Made by a program: the position numbers and the translations under genes
The notes under the pieces: model-generated
Database searches by the model: none
What the model saw: only the letters and a program-made list of their open reading frames with translations
What the model was told of the DNA's origin: nothing
IMG/VR virus record: IMGVR_UViG_637000095_000001
DNA length: 64,000 nucleotides
Source of the DNA: a virus
Direction: 5' to 3' (one strand)
Shown here: positions 45,682-54,153 of the stretch, in pieces
How the letters are laid out: each line of letters starts with the position of its first letter
Position numbering within the stretch: position 1 is the first letter of the stretch

Positions 45682-45712
45682 CCGACACCTCGCCATGCCT
45701 TCCGGTAAGTAA
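45682..45712 (+). promoter_or_regulatory. Element-specific promoter motif, copy 9
   Basis: CCGACAC-N13-CCGGTAAGTAA. Confidence 0.85.
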
Positions 45713-45742
45713 GCAGGGAACTGCGAACCGCCGGAGAAACGC

Positions 45743-47026
45743 ATGGATCTGGATACCTTCAAGCCGACATTTCTGATTCAGATTGAGGGGCAAGACCTCT
45801 CGAAGGACATCACCCAGGAGATCACCTCGTTTGTATTCACCGACAACGAGGAGGAGCTGGATGTCCTCGAACTGTCGGTGACCGACCGCAATCTGCAGTT
45901 CGTCGACGATCCGCTGTTCCAGGAAGGCAACGAGATCGTGGCCCGCTTCGGCTACGTGGGGAACCTCTCTCCGCGCAAGAAGGCGGTCATCAAGGACATC
46001 GATTACGACTTCCCGGAAAACGGCGATCCGACCATCCGCATCAAGGCCTACGACAAGGGCTTCAAACTCGCGGGCAAGGAGAACCAGAAAGTCTGGCAGA
46101 AACCCGCTCCCGGCATCCTCTATTCGGAAATCGCCGAACAAGTCGCCGCCGCCAATGGCCTCACCCCGGTGGTCACGGCCACCAAGGGAACCCATCTCCG
46201 CGTCACCCAGAGCAACATCTCGGACGCCCAGTTTCTCAAGGAGTTGGCGGAAAAGGCCCGCGACCGCGATGGCGACGGTGTGAGCGGCTATGTCTTCTAC
46301 ATCCAGGACGACGAACTCCATTTCCATCCCCGCGAGCTCGACCAGACGCCGCTTCTGACCCTCGAATATTTCACCGACACCAAGGGCCTGCTGCGCTCGT
46401 TCCGCCCCAGCACCCAATCCCAGGGGGCCAAGGGCGCGGGTGTCGAGACCAAGACGGTCGGCGTCGACCCGCGCAAGAAGGACGTGGTCGAGCACAAGGC
46501 AAACAACGCCACCACCCCCGAGCGGACGGCCCTGGGCAAGCAGACCTATCTGGTCGACGGCAACACCGGCGAAGGCAGCTTCAAGGAACAGGAGACGGGG
46601 CAGATCGTGCCCAGCTTCGACCGTTCCGAAGGCTTTCACGAAGAGCCGCGCCAGGAGCCCGCCCAGGACAGCGCCGAAGGCAAATTCCGCGAGGCCGAGC
46701 TGCGCCAGGTCGAGGCGGATGCGGCCACCATCGGTATTCCCCAGCTACGCGCCAAGAAGAACGTCGAGATCAAGGGCGTGGGACGGAAGTTTTCCGGCAT
46801 CTACTACTGCCACTCGGTGCGCCACAGCAGCAGCGGCGCTGGCTATCTCTGCGAACTCAAACTCAAGAAGAACGCCCTCGGCAAAGGCGCGGGTGACAAG
46901 TCCGCCGAGTCCCAGGGCAAACCCAACGATAAGGAGGCCCCGCCCACGCCGCAAAACGAGCCGCCAGCCATGGTGACCATCGACGCGGACTCCGGCGCGG
47001 TCACACAAGGAGGCGGCAATGGGTGA
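45743..47026 (+). CDS. Baseplate hub (gpD / late control D-like)
   Basis: TQSNISDAQFLKELA...YVFYIQDDELHF, IGIPQLRAKKNVEIKGVGRKFSGIYY. Confidence 0.85.
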   Translation: MDLDTFKPTFLIQIEGQDLSKDITQEITSFVFTDNEEELDVLELSVTDRNLQFVDDPLFQEGNEIVARFGYVGNLSPRKKAVIKDIDYDFPENGDPTIRIKAYDKGFKLAGKENQKVWQKPAPGILYSEIAEQVAAANGLTPVVTATKGTHLRVTQSNISDAQFLKELAEKARDRDGDGVSGYVFYIQDDELHFHPRELDQTPLLTLEYFTDTKGLLRSFRPSTQSQGAKGAGVETKTVGVDPRKKDVVEHKANNATTPERTALGKQTYLVDGNTGEGSFKEQETGQIVPSFDRSEGFHEEPRQEPAQDSAEGKFREAELRQVEADAATIGIPQLRAKKNVEIKGVGRKFSGIYYCHSVRHSSSGAGYLCELKLKKNALGKGAGDKSAESQGKPNDKEAPPTPQNEPPAMVTIDADSGAVTQGGGNG

Positions 47027-47393
47027 TCTCAGCAAGAATTTCAACCGTTCGGAATTCGCCTGCAAAGGCACGAACTGCTGCGGCCATTCGGCTGCAGTCC
47101 ATCCCGACCTGGTCGACGCCCTGCAGGCGTTGCGCGACCACATCGGCAAACCGCTGTCCATCACCAGCGGCTTTCGCTGCAACAGGCACAACAAGGCGGT
47201 GGGCGGCGCGGAGCAGAGTTTCCACACGCTGGGCATGGCTGCCGACGTGAGCTGTCCCGCAGGCGTTTCGCCCGAGGAACTGGCGGTCATCGCCGAGGAG
47301 ATCCCGCTCTTCCGCGAGGGTGGCATCGGCGTCTATGCCTCCTGGGTCCATCTCGATGTGCGCCAGTCGGGCAAGGCGAGGTGGCGGTCATGA
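47019..47393 (+). CDS. Peptidase M15A (endolysin-like D-Ala-D-Ala peptidase)
   Basis: NFNRSEFACK, ITSGFRC..HN..VGG, SFH..GMAAD, VHLD. Confidence 0.88.
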   Translation: MGDLSKNFNRSEFACKGTNCCGHSAAVHPDLVDALQALRDHIGKPLSITSGFRCNRHNKAVGGAEQSFHTLGMAADVSCPAGVSPEELAVIAEEIPLFREGGIGVYASWVHLDVRQSGKARWRS

Positions 47394-47809
47394 GCGCTGA
47401 AACCAAGACCCTGTTTTCCGGCACCGCGCTGGGACTGTCCGGGCCTCTTCGGGTGGAGATCCTGCCCAATGGAATGACCGCGAGGCTGACCCAGCCGTTC
47501 CGTGTCCGCACCGGCGCTGGCCGCATCATCGAAGTGCCCGCCGGGTTCGAGACCGACTTCGCCTCGGTGCCGCGCCTGTTCTGGCGCGTGGTGCCGCCCT
47601 GGGGGCGATATTCCCCGGCGGCCGTCGTTCACGACTACCTCTACCACACCGGCAAGGTCTCGCGGCTTGCGGCCGACCGGCTCTTTCTCGAACTGATGGC
47701 GGCCCTGGGCGTGCCTCTGTGGAAACGCCAGTTCATGTATTGGGCGGTTCGCCTGGGCGGCTGGCTGGCCTGGAACGCCAGTCGAAAGCGGGAGGCGGAG
47801 CATGCTTGA
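47390..47809 (+). CDS. DUF1353 family protein
   Basis: VPAGFETDFASVPR...AAVVHDYLY...ADRLF. Confidence 0.85.
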   Translation: MSAETKTLFSGTALGLSGPLRVEILPNGMTARLTQPFRVRTGAGRIIEVPAGFETDFASVPRLFWRVVPPWGRYSPAAVVHDYLYHTGKVSRLAADRLFLELMAALGVPLWKRQFMYWAVRLGGWLAWNASRKREAEHA

Positions 47810-48851
47810 AACCCGCGACCGTCAATCCGAGGAACGCTACCGCAACCGCTGGTACGGCAAGTACCGGGCCTTCGTGCGCGATAACAACGACCCCGAACGC
47901 CTCGGCCGGGTCCGCCTGGAAATCCCCGCCGTGCTCGGCTGCGGGCGTGAGAACTGGTCCGAATGGGCCGCGCCCTGTTTTCCCTACGGCGGTAACGACG
48001 ACACCGGCATGTTCCTGGTCCCCGAGGAAGGGGCCTCGGTCTGGGCCGAGTTCGAGGGCGGCGTCGTCCAGCATCCGATCTGGACCGGGGTCTGGCTGGC
48101 CAAGAGCAATCCCGGTGAGCAGCCCGAAGAATCCAAGCGCACCTGCGCGAACGCCTTCTGTCATGACTGCGAGGACAAGGTCGAGCATCAGACCAACCGG
48201 CACGACGATCTCGAACACAAGAAGTACCACGGCCATCCGCCGTATTACTGCCCACGCCTGAAGGTCCTGCTCAAGACCGAAACCGGCCACACCATCCTGG
48301 CCGATGACCGCGACGGCGACGAGCTGCTGCGGATCATCGACCGCGCCGGACAGATCCTCACCATGGAAGGGAAAGTGAAGCCCGAGATACAGAGCGGCAA
48401 CGCCCTGCGCCGAGGCACGAAGGACGCCGAGAAAGGCGACCAGCTCGACATCGCTTCGCAGATCGTCGGCTCCCGCGCCCGCATCCAGCTCACCGACCTC
48501 TGCCGCCAGCAGGTAATCCTCGAAGCCTGGCAGGACAAGGAGAAGGTCCACATCCTCTCGTGCGACAAGGGCCGCTCCCGCTGGCAGAAGATCCTCATCG
48601 ATACCACCAAGGGTCGGGAGAAGGTTCACATCTGGGGGCTCAACGGCACTCAGGAAATCCTCGTCGACTCCACCGCCGCCGCCGAACAGATCCGGCTCAC
48701 CGACAAGGCCGGTCAGGTGGTGCGCATGAACGCCGCGCCCGGCCAGGAGAGTATCAGTGCCACCGACAAGTCCGGCAGCCTCGTGTTCATGGATGGGGTG
48801 GCCGGAAACATCATCATTCGCTCGACGAACACCGTCTTGATCAACACCTGA
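47802..48851 (+). CDS. Baseplate spike gpV/VgrG-like
   Basis: YGKYRAFV..NNDPERLGRV, WAAPCFPYGG...P..G..VWAEFEGG....PIWTG OB fold; beta-helix repeats. Confidence 0.9.
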   Translation: MLETRDRQSEERYRNRWYGKYRAFVRDNNDPERLGRVRLEIPAVLGCGRENWSEWAAPCFPYGGNDDTGMFLVPEEGASVWAEFEGGVVQHPIWTGVWLAKSNPGEQPEESKRTCANAFCHDCEDKVEHQTNRHDDLEHKKYHGHPPYYCPRLKVLLKTETGHTILADDRDGDELLRIIDRAGQILTMEGKVKPEIQSGNALRRGTKDAEKGDQLDIASQIVGSRARIQLTDLCRQQVILEAWQDKEKVHILSCDKGRSRWQKILIDTTKGREKVHIWGLNGTQEILVDSTAAAEQIRLTDKAGQVVRMNAAPGQESISATDKSGSLVFMDGVAGNIIIRSTNTVLINT

Positions 48852-48863
48852 AGGAAGCATTGC

Positions 48864-49238
48864 ATGGGAGAAAGAACAACAACGCCCTCCGGACTCTCGG
48901 CCAGCGAGGAATTGCTGGCCCGGACCTTCGAGCATTGGCGGGAGGAATTCCGCAGCATCCTCGAAAACCACCGCCGGGAAATCCAGGACCGCCTCGAGAA
49001 GATCGAGCGCGAAATCGAGAAGAAATCGGACAAGGAAAACGTCGAGGTGCTGGTCCGCTCGATCTATTCCGATCTGCACCGGCACGCCGAGGAGATTGAC
49101 CGGCTGCATGCCCGGGTCGGCTCCAAGATGGGGACCGAGACCATGTGGAAGATCGTCGGCCTGGTGCTGACCATCGGCAGCACCATCGGCGGACTCGTCG
49201 GCTTTCTGATCCATCTGCTGCTGAAGGTGAACCCATGA
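48864..49238 (+). CDS. Coiled-coil protein with C-terminal TM helix (holin/XhlA-like candidate)
   Basis: Heptad-rich N-part; IVGLVLTIGSTIGGLVGFLIHLLL. Confidence 0.6.
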   Translation: MGERTTTPSGLSASEELLARTFEHWREEFRSILENHRREIQDRLEKIEREIEKKSDKENVEVLVRSIYSDLHRHAEEIDRLHARVGSKMGTETMWKIVGLVLTIGSTIGGLVGFLIHLLLKVNP

Positions 49239-49498
49239 GCTCCCAGGCGCGACTCGGCGACATCAGCAGTCACGGCGGCGTCATCATCACCGGGGCGAGC
49301 CGGACGCTGGACAACGGCATGCCGGTGGCCCGCATGGGTGATCTGCACGTCTGTCCCATCCCTGGGCATGGCGTGACGCCCATCGTGACCGGCAGCTTCG
49401 ACACCATCACCGAAGGATTGCCCAACGCCCGCATCGGCGACATCACCGCCTGCGGAGCCATCATCGTCACTGGCAGTCCCGACACCATCGACAACTGA
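49235..49498 (+). CDS. PAAR spike-tip protein
   Basis: ARLGDISSHGG, PVARMGDLHVCP..GHG, PNARIGDITACGA. Confidence 0.92.
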   Translation: MSSQARLGDISSHGGVIITGASRTLDNGMPVARMGDLHVCPIPGHGVTPIVTGSFDTITEGLPNARIGDITACGAIIVTGSPDTIDN

Positions 49499-49508
49499 GG
49501 GGGACGCC

Positions 49509-49817
49509 ATGAACAATCTCGAACAGCCGCAGGAACCGCACTACTGGGATGTTTTCCCGAAACTGATCCGGGTCTCGCGATCCCCATTCGTCCAGCGCAT
49601 TCCGCTCTCGATCCGGGGTCTACCAGAAGCGCCGGTGTTCGAATCGTCCAATCCCGACGTGGCCAGTGTCGATGAGGACGGCAATGTCGAGTGCGGCTTC
49701 GTTCCCGGGGCGGCCATGATCCTGGTCTGGGATTCTGCCGAGCGGCTCAGCCTGCGTCACGTCCAGGTCGAGGTCTATGGCGGCGGCGTCTCCGCACCGG
49801 TGGAGGTTCCTTCATGA
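49509..49817 (+). CDS. Ig-like (Big_2) domain protein
   Basis: PVFESSNPDVASVDEDGNV. Confidence 0.75.
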   Translation: MNNLEQPQEPHYWDVFPKLIRVSRSPFVQRIPLSIRGLPEAPVFESSNPDVASVDEDGNVECGFVPGAAMILVWDSAERLSLRHVQVEVYGGGVSAPVEVPS

Positions 49818-50824
49818 CGGATACCCCGCCAGCCTTTAGCCACTGGGAGGTTCAGCCTCGCTCCATCCGCCTCTCCGCTGGCGAGTTCGAGCAACGGGTT
49901 CCGCTCTCCCTGCGCGGCGACGTGGACGCCCCGGTCTTTGCCTCCAGCAACCCGGAGGTCGCGGAGATCGAGCCGGATGGTGTCATTCGCTGCGGCTGGA
50001 CCATCGGCAACGCCGTGCTCATGGTCTGGCGATCCTCGGCCCGGGACAGCCTTCGCCATGTTCTGGTGGAGGTCCGCGATCCGTCCTGGTTCGCCGACCA
50101 CCCGGACTTTGCCAGCGGAGCATCGGTCTTCCTCAGTGGCACGGTGATCAACGCCCTCAACACCAGCGGCGTCGGCAACGCGCTGATCGAATTCCGCCGC
50201 TCGGAAACCGGCCCGGCGGCGTTTCAGACCTTCGCCAACGCCTATGGCGGGTTTGAGCTGTCCGTGCCCGAGGGATTCTATTACGTGGAGGTCACAGCGC
50301 CGGGATACATCGCCTGGCACGGCTGGGTGAACGCCGACCCCAACACCTCCGGCGACATCCAGATCGTTCTTTCGCCCGAGCTCGACGGCCAGGTCGCCCG
50401 CATCGTGTTGCAGTGGGGCCTCAACCCCAGGGATCTCGATTCCCATCTCACTGGACCGACGCCATCGGGCGGCAGGTTCCATGTGTTCTATTCCCACACC
50501 ATCGAAAACGAGGCGGCGGAATTGGACGTGGACGACACCAGCTCCTACGGGCCGGAGACCATCACCATCCATCGGCTCATCCCCGGCGTCTACCGCTACG
50601 CGGTCCACGACTACACCAACCGCAACGCCAATCCGAGCACCGGCCTGGCGCAGTCGGGAGCATCGGTGAAGGTGTTCTTGAGCGATGGCCGTGAGCAGAC
50701 CTTCACCGTTCCCAACGCCCCGGGCACGGTCTGGACCGTGTTCGAAATAGACGGCGCGACCGGGACTGTGACGCCGGTCAACGCCATGAGCTATCAATCC
50801 CAACCCGCCAACGTCGGCATGTAA
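49814..50824 (+). CDS. Ig-like + carboxypeptidase-regulatory-like + YfaP-like virion protein
   Basis: FASSNPEVAEIEPDG; LSGTVINA...YYVEVTAPGY; IVLQWG..PRDLDSH...LDVDDTSSYGPETI. Confidence 0.75.
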   Translation: MTDTPPAFSHWEVQPRSIRLSAGEFEQRVPLSLRGDVDAPVFASSNPEVAEIEPDGVIRCGWTIGNAVLMVWRSSARDSLRHVLVEVRDPSWFADHPDFASGASVFLSGTVINALNTSGVGNALIEFRRSETGPAAFQTFANAYGGFELSVPEGFYYVEVTAPGYIAWHGWVNADPNTSGDIQIVLSPELDGQVARIVLQWGLNPRDLDSHLTGPTPSGGRFHVFYSHTIENEAAELDVDDTSSYGPETITIHRLIPGVYRYAVHDYTNRNANPSTGLAQSGASVKVFLSDGREQTFTVPNAPGTVWTVFEIDGATGTVTPVNAMSYQSQPANVGM

Positions 50825-50836
50825 TGGAGGTTGTCC

Positions 50837-51727
50837 ATGATTTCCGAAGAACCCGCCGACTTGCAGGCCACCATCGAACAAACCGATTCCGGCCAACAAC
50901 AGTATGTGCTGCGGGCGCTCTGCGATCACCTGTCCGGCATCCGTGAAGAACTTTCCGGCATCCGCACGCTGCTGGAGGCCAGTCACGCCGCCTCGGAGGC
51001 GATGCGTGGCCAGGCCCAGGCCTATCTTGAGGCCCAGCAGGCCAGGACCCAGGAGTACCTGGAGCAGGTACAGATCGAGCCGGAGCCCGATTTTTATCCC
51101 TTTGTCGAACTGCCAGCGGGCACCGAACCCCGGGATCTGCCGGATGGCAACCGGCTCTTCACCTTGCCCGACGGCATGATCCTGCGGACCACGGACGACC
51201 AGCGAATTTGCGTTATCGACGGCGGGGAACAGCAGGTCATCACCCCCGGACCCGGCACGGCCATAGAGGTCGCCCCGGGACGCCTTTACACCCTGGTCGA
51301 GTCCTATCTGAGCGCGACCCAGGAGGCAGCCGGTATCAGCGGACTGCCCGCCGGGATCGAGCCGACCGCCATGGGCGCGGAACGCTTCGCGGTGGATCTA
51401 CCCGAGGGCATCCGTCTCGACGTCGATCACCGGGAGCGGTTCATCACCCTCATCAATCCGGCCGGACCTATCGACATCATCGGCATCGGCCGCATCGAGG
51501 GCATCGGCGAAACCATCGCTGTCCGTCTGCTCTCCGGCGGAGCCAAAGGATTCCAGTGCGGCCAGTCCGACCACGGCGGGCTGATCGAGGCGGACGGAAC
51601 CATCCATCTGGGACTCAAGAGCGGTCTAGATCTGGTGGTCCGGTTCCAGGGAGAAGCCATCGACGACGGCGCACCGGAAAATGGCTGCTCGGGACAGTGC
51701 GGCCTCGACTGCGAGGAGCGTACCTGA
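50837..51727 (+). CDS. Hypothetical protein
   Basis: GGAGG RBS; TGATG coupling to gp25. Confidence 0.75.
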   Translation: MISEEPADLQATIEQTDSGQQQYVLRALCDHLSGIREELSGIRTLLEASHAASEAMRGQAQAYLEAQQARTQEYLEQVQIEPEPDFYPFVELPAGTEPRDLPDGNRLFTLPDGMILRTTDDQRICVIDGGEQQVITPGPGTAIEVAPGRLYTLVESYLSATQEAAGISGLPAGIEPTAMGAERFAVDLPEGIRLDVDHRERFITLINPAGPIDIIGIGRIEGIGETIAVRLLSGGAKGFQCGQSDHGGLIEADGTIHLGLKSGLDLVVRFQGEAIDDGAPENGCSGQCGLDCEERT

Positions 51728-52644
51728 TGAGCTACGACTTTCTCGGCAAGGGGCTGCGTTACCCGTTCCGGTTTCAGTCGGTATCCGGCGGCACCCAGAT
51801 ATCGACCGCCACCTCCCGTGAGCACGAGCATATCCGCGAAAGCATCCTGCAGATCCTCGGCACCCGGATCGGCGAACGGTTCATGAATCCAGAGTTTGGC
51901 TCCCGGCTGAAGGATCTGGTTTTCGAACAGAACGACGAGGTGCTCAAGGGCCTGCTGCGCCACTACGTGATCGACGCCATCAAGCGCTGGGAAAAGCGGG
52001 TGATCATCACGGAGGTACACTTCGACGACCGGCCGCTGAACATCGACGGCAACCTGCTGCTGGTGCATATCGCCTACCGGGTGATCCAGAGCCAGGTGGA
52101 CGGCAACCTGGTCTATCCCTTCTACAGAGAAGACCCGAACAATCCCGCACCCAGCTATCCCCAGCCGGAGCCCGAGCCAGAGCCGCCGCCGGTGCGCAGC
52201 GTGCGCCTGTCGCCGGACGTGCGCACGCTGTTCAATCTGCTCTGGTTCGACGCGGCCGAAATGAGCCCCGATCCGGACGACTCCTTGATCTGGCCAGCCG
52301 GGGAATACGAAGTCGCCTACATCGAGGGAGCCTTTCAGGACCGCAACGGCAAGTGGATCGTCAGCGATCCGGGTGACAACCACGGCCATTACCTGACGTT
52401 CGAGGGAGCGCCAGAAACAGAAGCGCCCCAGGCCGAGCACGCCCTCTATCTGGCCGCGAGCGGTCTGGGCTTCGACACCCAGAGTCAGGCGGAAGACAAC
52501 GCCGCTGGCACCGTTCACCGGATCACCACCCTGGAGCCGGGCCGCATCGGTCTATTCTATTTCGAGGGCAAGAAGGAATCCCACTACCTCAACAACACCT
52601 CTGGGCAGCCCAATCCCGTCTGGCAACTGCGCGGCCCGCTCTGA
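51727..52644 (+). CDS. gp25/gpW baseplate wedge protein with C-terminal extension
   Basis: HIRESILQILGTRIGERFMNPEFGSRL..LVFE...WEKRV; then PQPEPEPEPPP linker and about 150 extra aa. Confidence 0.85.
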   Translation: MSYDFLGKGLRYPFRFQSVSGGTQISTATSREHEHIRESILQILGTRIGERFMNPEFGSRLKDLVFEQNDEVLKGLLRHYVIDAIKRWEKRVIITEVHFDDRPLNIDGNLLLVHIAYRVIQSQVDGNLVYPFYREDPNNPAPSYPQPEPEPEPPPVRSVRLSPDVRTLFNLLWFDAAEMSPDPDDSLIWPAGEYEVAYIEGAFQDRNGKWIVSDPGDNHGHYLTFEGAPETEAPQAEHALYLAASGLGFDTQSQAEDNAAGTVHRITTLEPGRIGLFYFEGKKESHYLNNTSGQPNPVWQLRGPL

Positions 52645-52656
52645 GGCATCCCGCCT

Positions 52657-52687
52657 CCGACACATCCAGGCCCCTTCCGGTAAGTAA
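52657..52687 (+). promoter_or_regulatory. Element-specific promoter motif, copy 10
   Basis: CCGACAC-N13-CCGGTAAGTAA heading the baseplate J to fibre operon. Confidence 0.85.
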
Positions 52688-52743
52688 CCGGCGTGGCGAG
52701 AGCATCAGGCGCTCTCGCATAACCGCCGAAAACCGGAGAGACC

Positions 52744-54153
52744 ATGGGCCGCGCAAGCATCGGATACATCAACAAGGATTACGAATCGATCCGCCAGGAG
52801 CTGTTGGCGAAGATCCCGCAGCTCACCGACCGCTGGACCGATTTCAACCACTCCGATCTCGGCGTCGTCCTGCTCGATCTGTTCTGCGGCGTGGGCGACA
52901 TGCTGGCCTACTACCTGGACGCCCAGGCGGCGGAGGCCTTTCTGCCCACGGCCCGCCAGCGCCAGAACGTCATCAACCTCTGCAAGCTCATTGGCTACCG
53001 GCTGGATTCGCCGGTGGCCTCCACCACCACGCTGCGTTTCCGCATCTCCGCCCCGCTCGGCAAGGACCTGACCATTCCGGCGGGGACGGCCTGCCGCGCC
53101 TTGCTGAGTGACGGCGAGGCGGATTTCGAGACGGTCGAGGATGGCCTGCTCCCGCGAGGCGTGCTCTCGGTGGACATCCCGGCCCGTCAAGGCGAGCGCC
53201 GCACCGAGACCTTCACGTCGTCGGGGCTGCCATTCCAGCGCATCCGCCTGACCGGCGACGTCATCGCCCAGGGCTCCATCACCGTTACTGTTGGGGACGA
53301 CGCCTGGAGCGAGGTCGATCATTTCCAGGACAGCCTGGCCGACAGCCGCCATTTCATGGCCGACCTCGACGCCCTCGACATCTCCACCCTGATTTTCGGC
53401 GACGGGCAAAGCGGCGCTGTACCCGCTCAGGGAAGCGCCATCACCGTCAGCTATCTGCAGACCATCGGAGACCAGGGCAATCTCGGTTCGAACCGGATCA
53501 CCCAACTGCTGAGCCCGGTCTACCTCGACGGCGGCCAGGTTTCCCTGACCGTCACCAACCCGGTGCCTTCCACCGGAGGAGCGTCGCGGGAAGCCCTCGA
53601 ACATGCCCGCCGACAGGCACCGGCGGAGCTGCGCAGTCTCTGGAAAGCCGTCACCCTGGAGGATTACCAGGCGCTCGCCGAAGGTTACCCCGGCGTCGCC
53701 AAGGCCAAGGTGCTCGACACCAATGCCTGCCAGAACATCCGCTATTACAACGTTCAACTGGCCATCGCCCCCAACGGCGGCGGAATGCCCTCGGCGCTGC
53801 TCAAGCGGGACCTCGCCGAGTTCCTCGAACGCCGCAAGGTCATCACGGTCGAGATCAACCTGTTCGACCCGATCTACCGCCCCGTTTCCATCGACGCCGA
53901 GGTCTACGTCTGGCCCGGTGAACCGCTGGAAAACGTGCGCAGCCGCATCGAAGCCGCGCTCACCGATTTCTTTTCCTTCGAGCGGGTCTCCTTCGGGCAG
54001 ACCATCCACTTCTCCGACCTGGTGGCCCTGATCGACGGCGTGCGCGGCGTCAGCCACATGCATCTCTACGCGCCGCAGCAGGACATCGAGCTGCGCCACG
54101 GCGAAATCCCGGTTCTCGGCACGGTCAACCTCGATCTGCGGAGGGCCGGGTGA
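52744..54153 (+). CDS. Baseplate J / gp47-like
   Basis: KDYESIRQELL...WTDFNHSDLGVVLLDL...YYLD.QA.E.FL.TA, AVTLEDYQALA. Confidence 0.9.
   Translation: MGRASIGYINKDYESIRQELLAKIPQLTDRWTDFNHSDLGVVLLDLFCGVGDMLAYYLDAQAAEAFLPTARQRQNVINLCKLIGYRLDSPVASTTTLRFRISAPLGKDLTIPAGTACRALLSDGEADFETVEDGLLPRGVLSVDIPARQGERRTETFTSSGLPFQRIRLTGDVIAQGSITVTVGDDAWSEVDHFQDSLADSRHFMADLDALDISTLIFGDGQSGAVPAQGSAITVSYLQTIGDQGNLGSNRITQLLSPVYLDGGQVSLTVTNPVPSTGGASREALEHARRQAPAELRSLWKAVTLEDYQALAEGYPGVAKAKVLDTNACQNIRYYNVQLAIAPNGGGMPSALLKRDLAEFLERRKVITVEINLFDPIYRPVSIDAEVYVWPGEPLENVRSRIEAALTDFFSFERVSFGQTIHFSDLVALIDGVRGVSHMHLYAPQQDIELRHGEIPVLGTVNLDLRRAG

Noticed and set aside
47802-49498. Type VI secretion or stand-alone eCIS locus (VgrG-like + PAAR)
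   Set aside because: No TssJLM/ClpV or eCIS ATPase; terminase, portal, capsid and tape measure are present; PAAR has no toxin extension
3510-52687. CCGAC...CCGGTAAGTAA copies as attC-like cassette or recombination sites
   Set aside because: No internal dyad symmetry, strictly one orientation, and located before core operons rather than flanking variable cassettes; a promoter fits better
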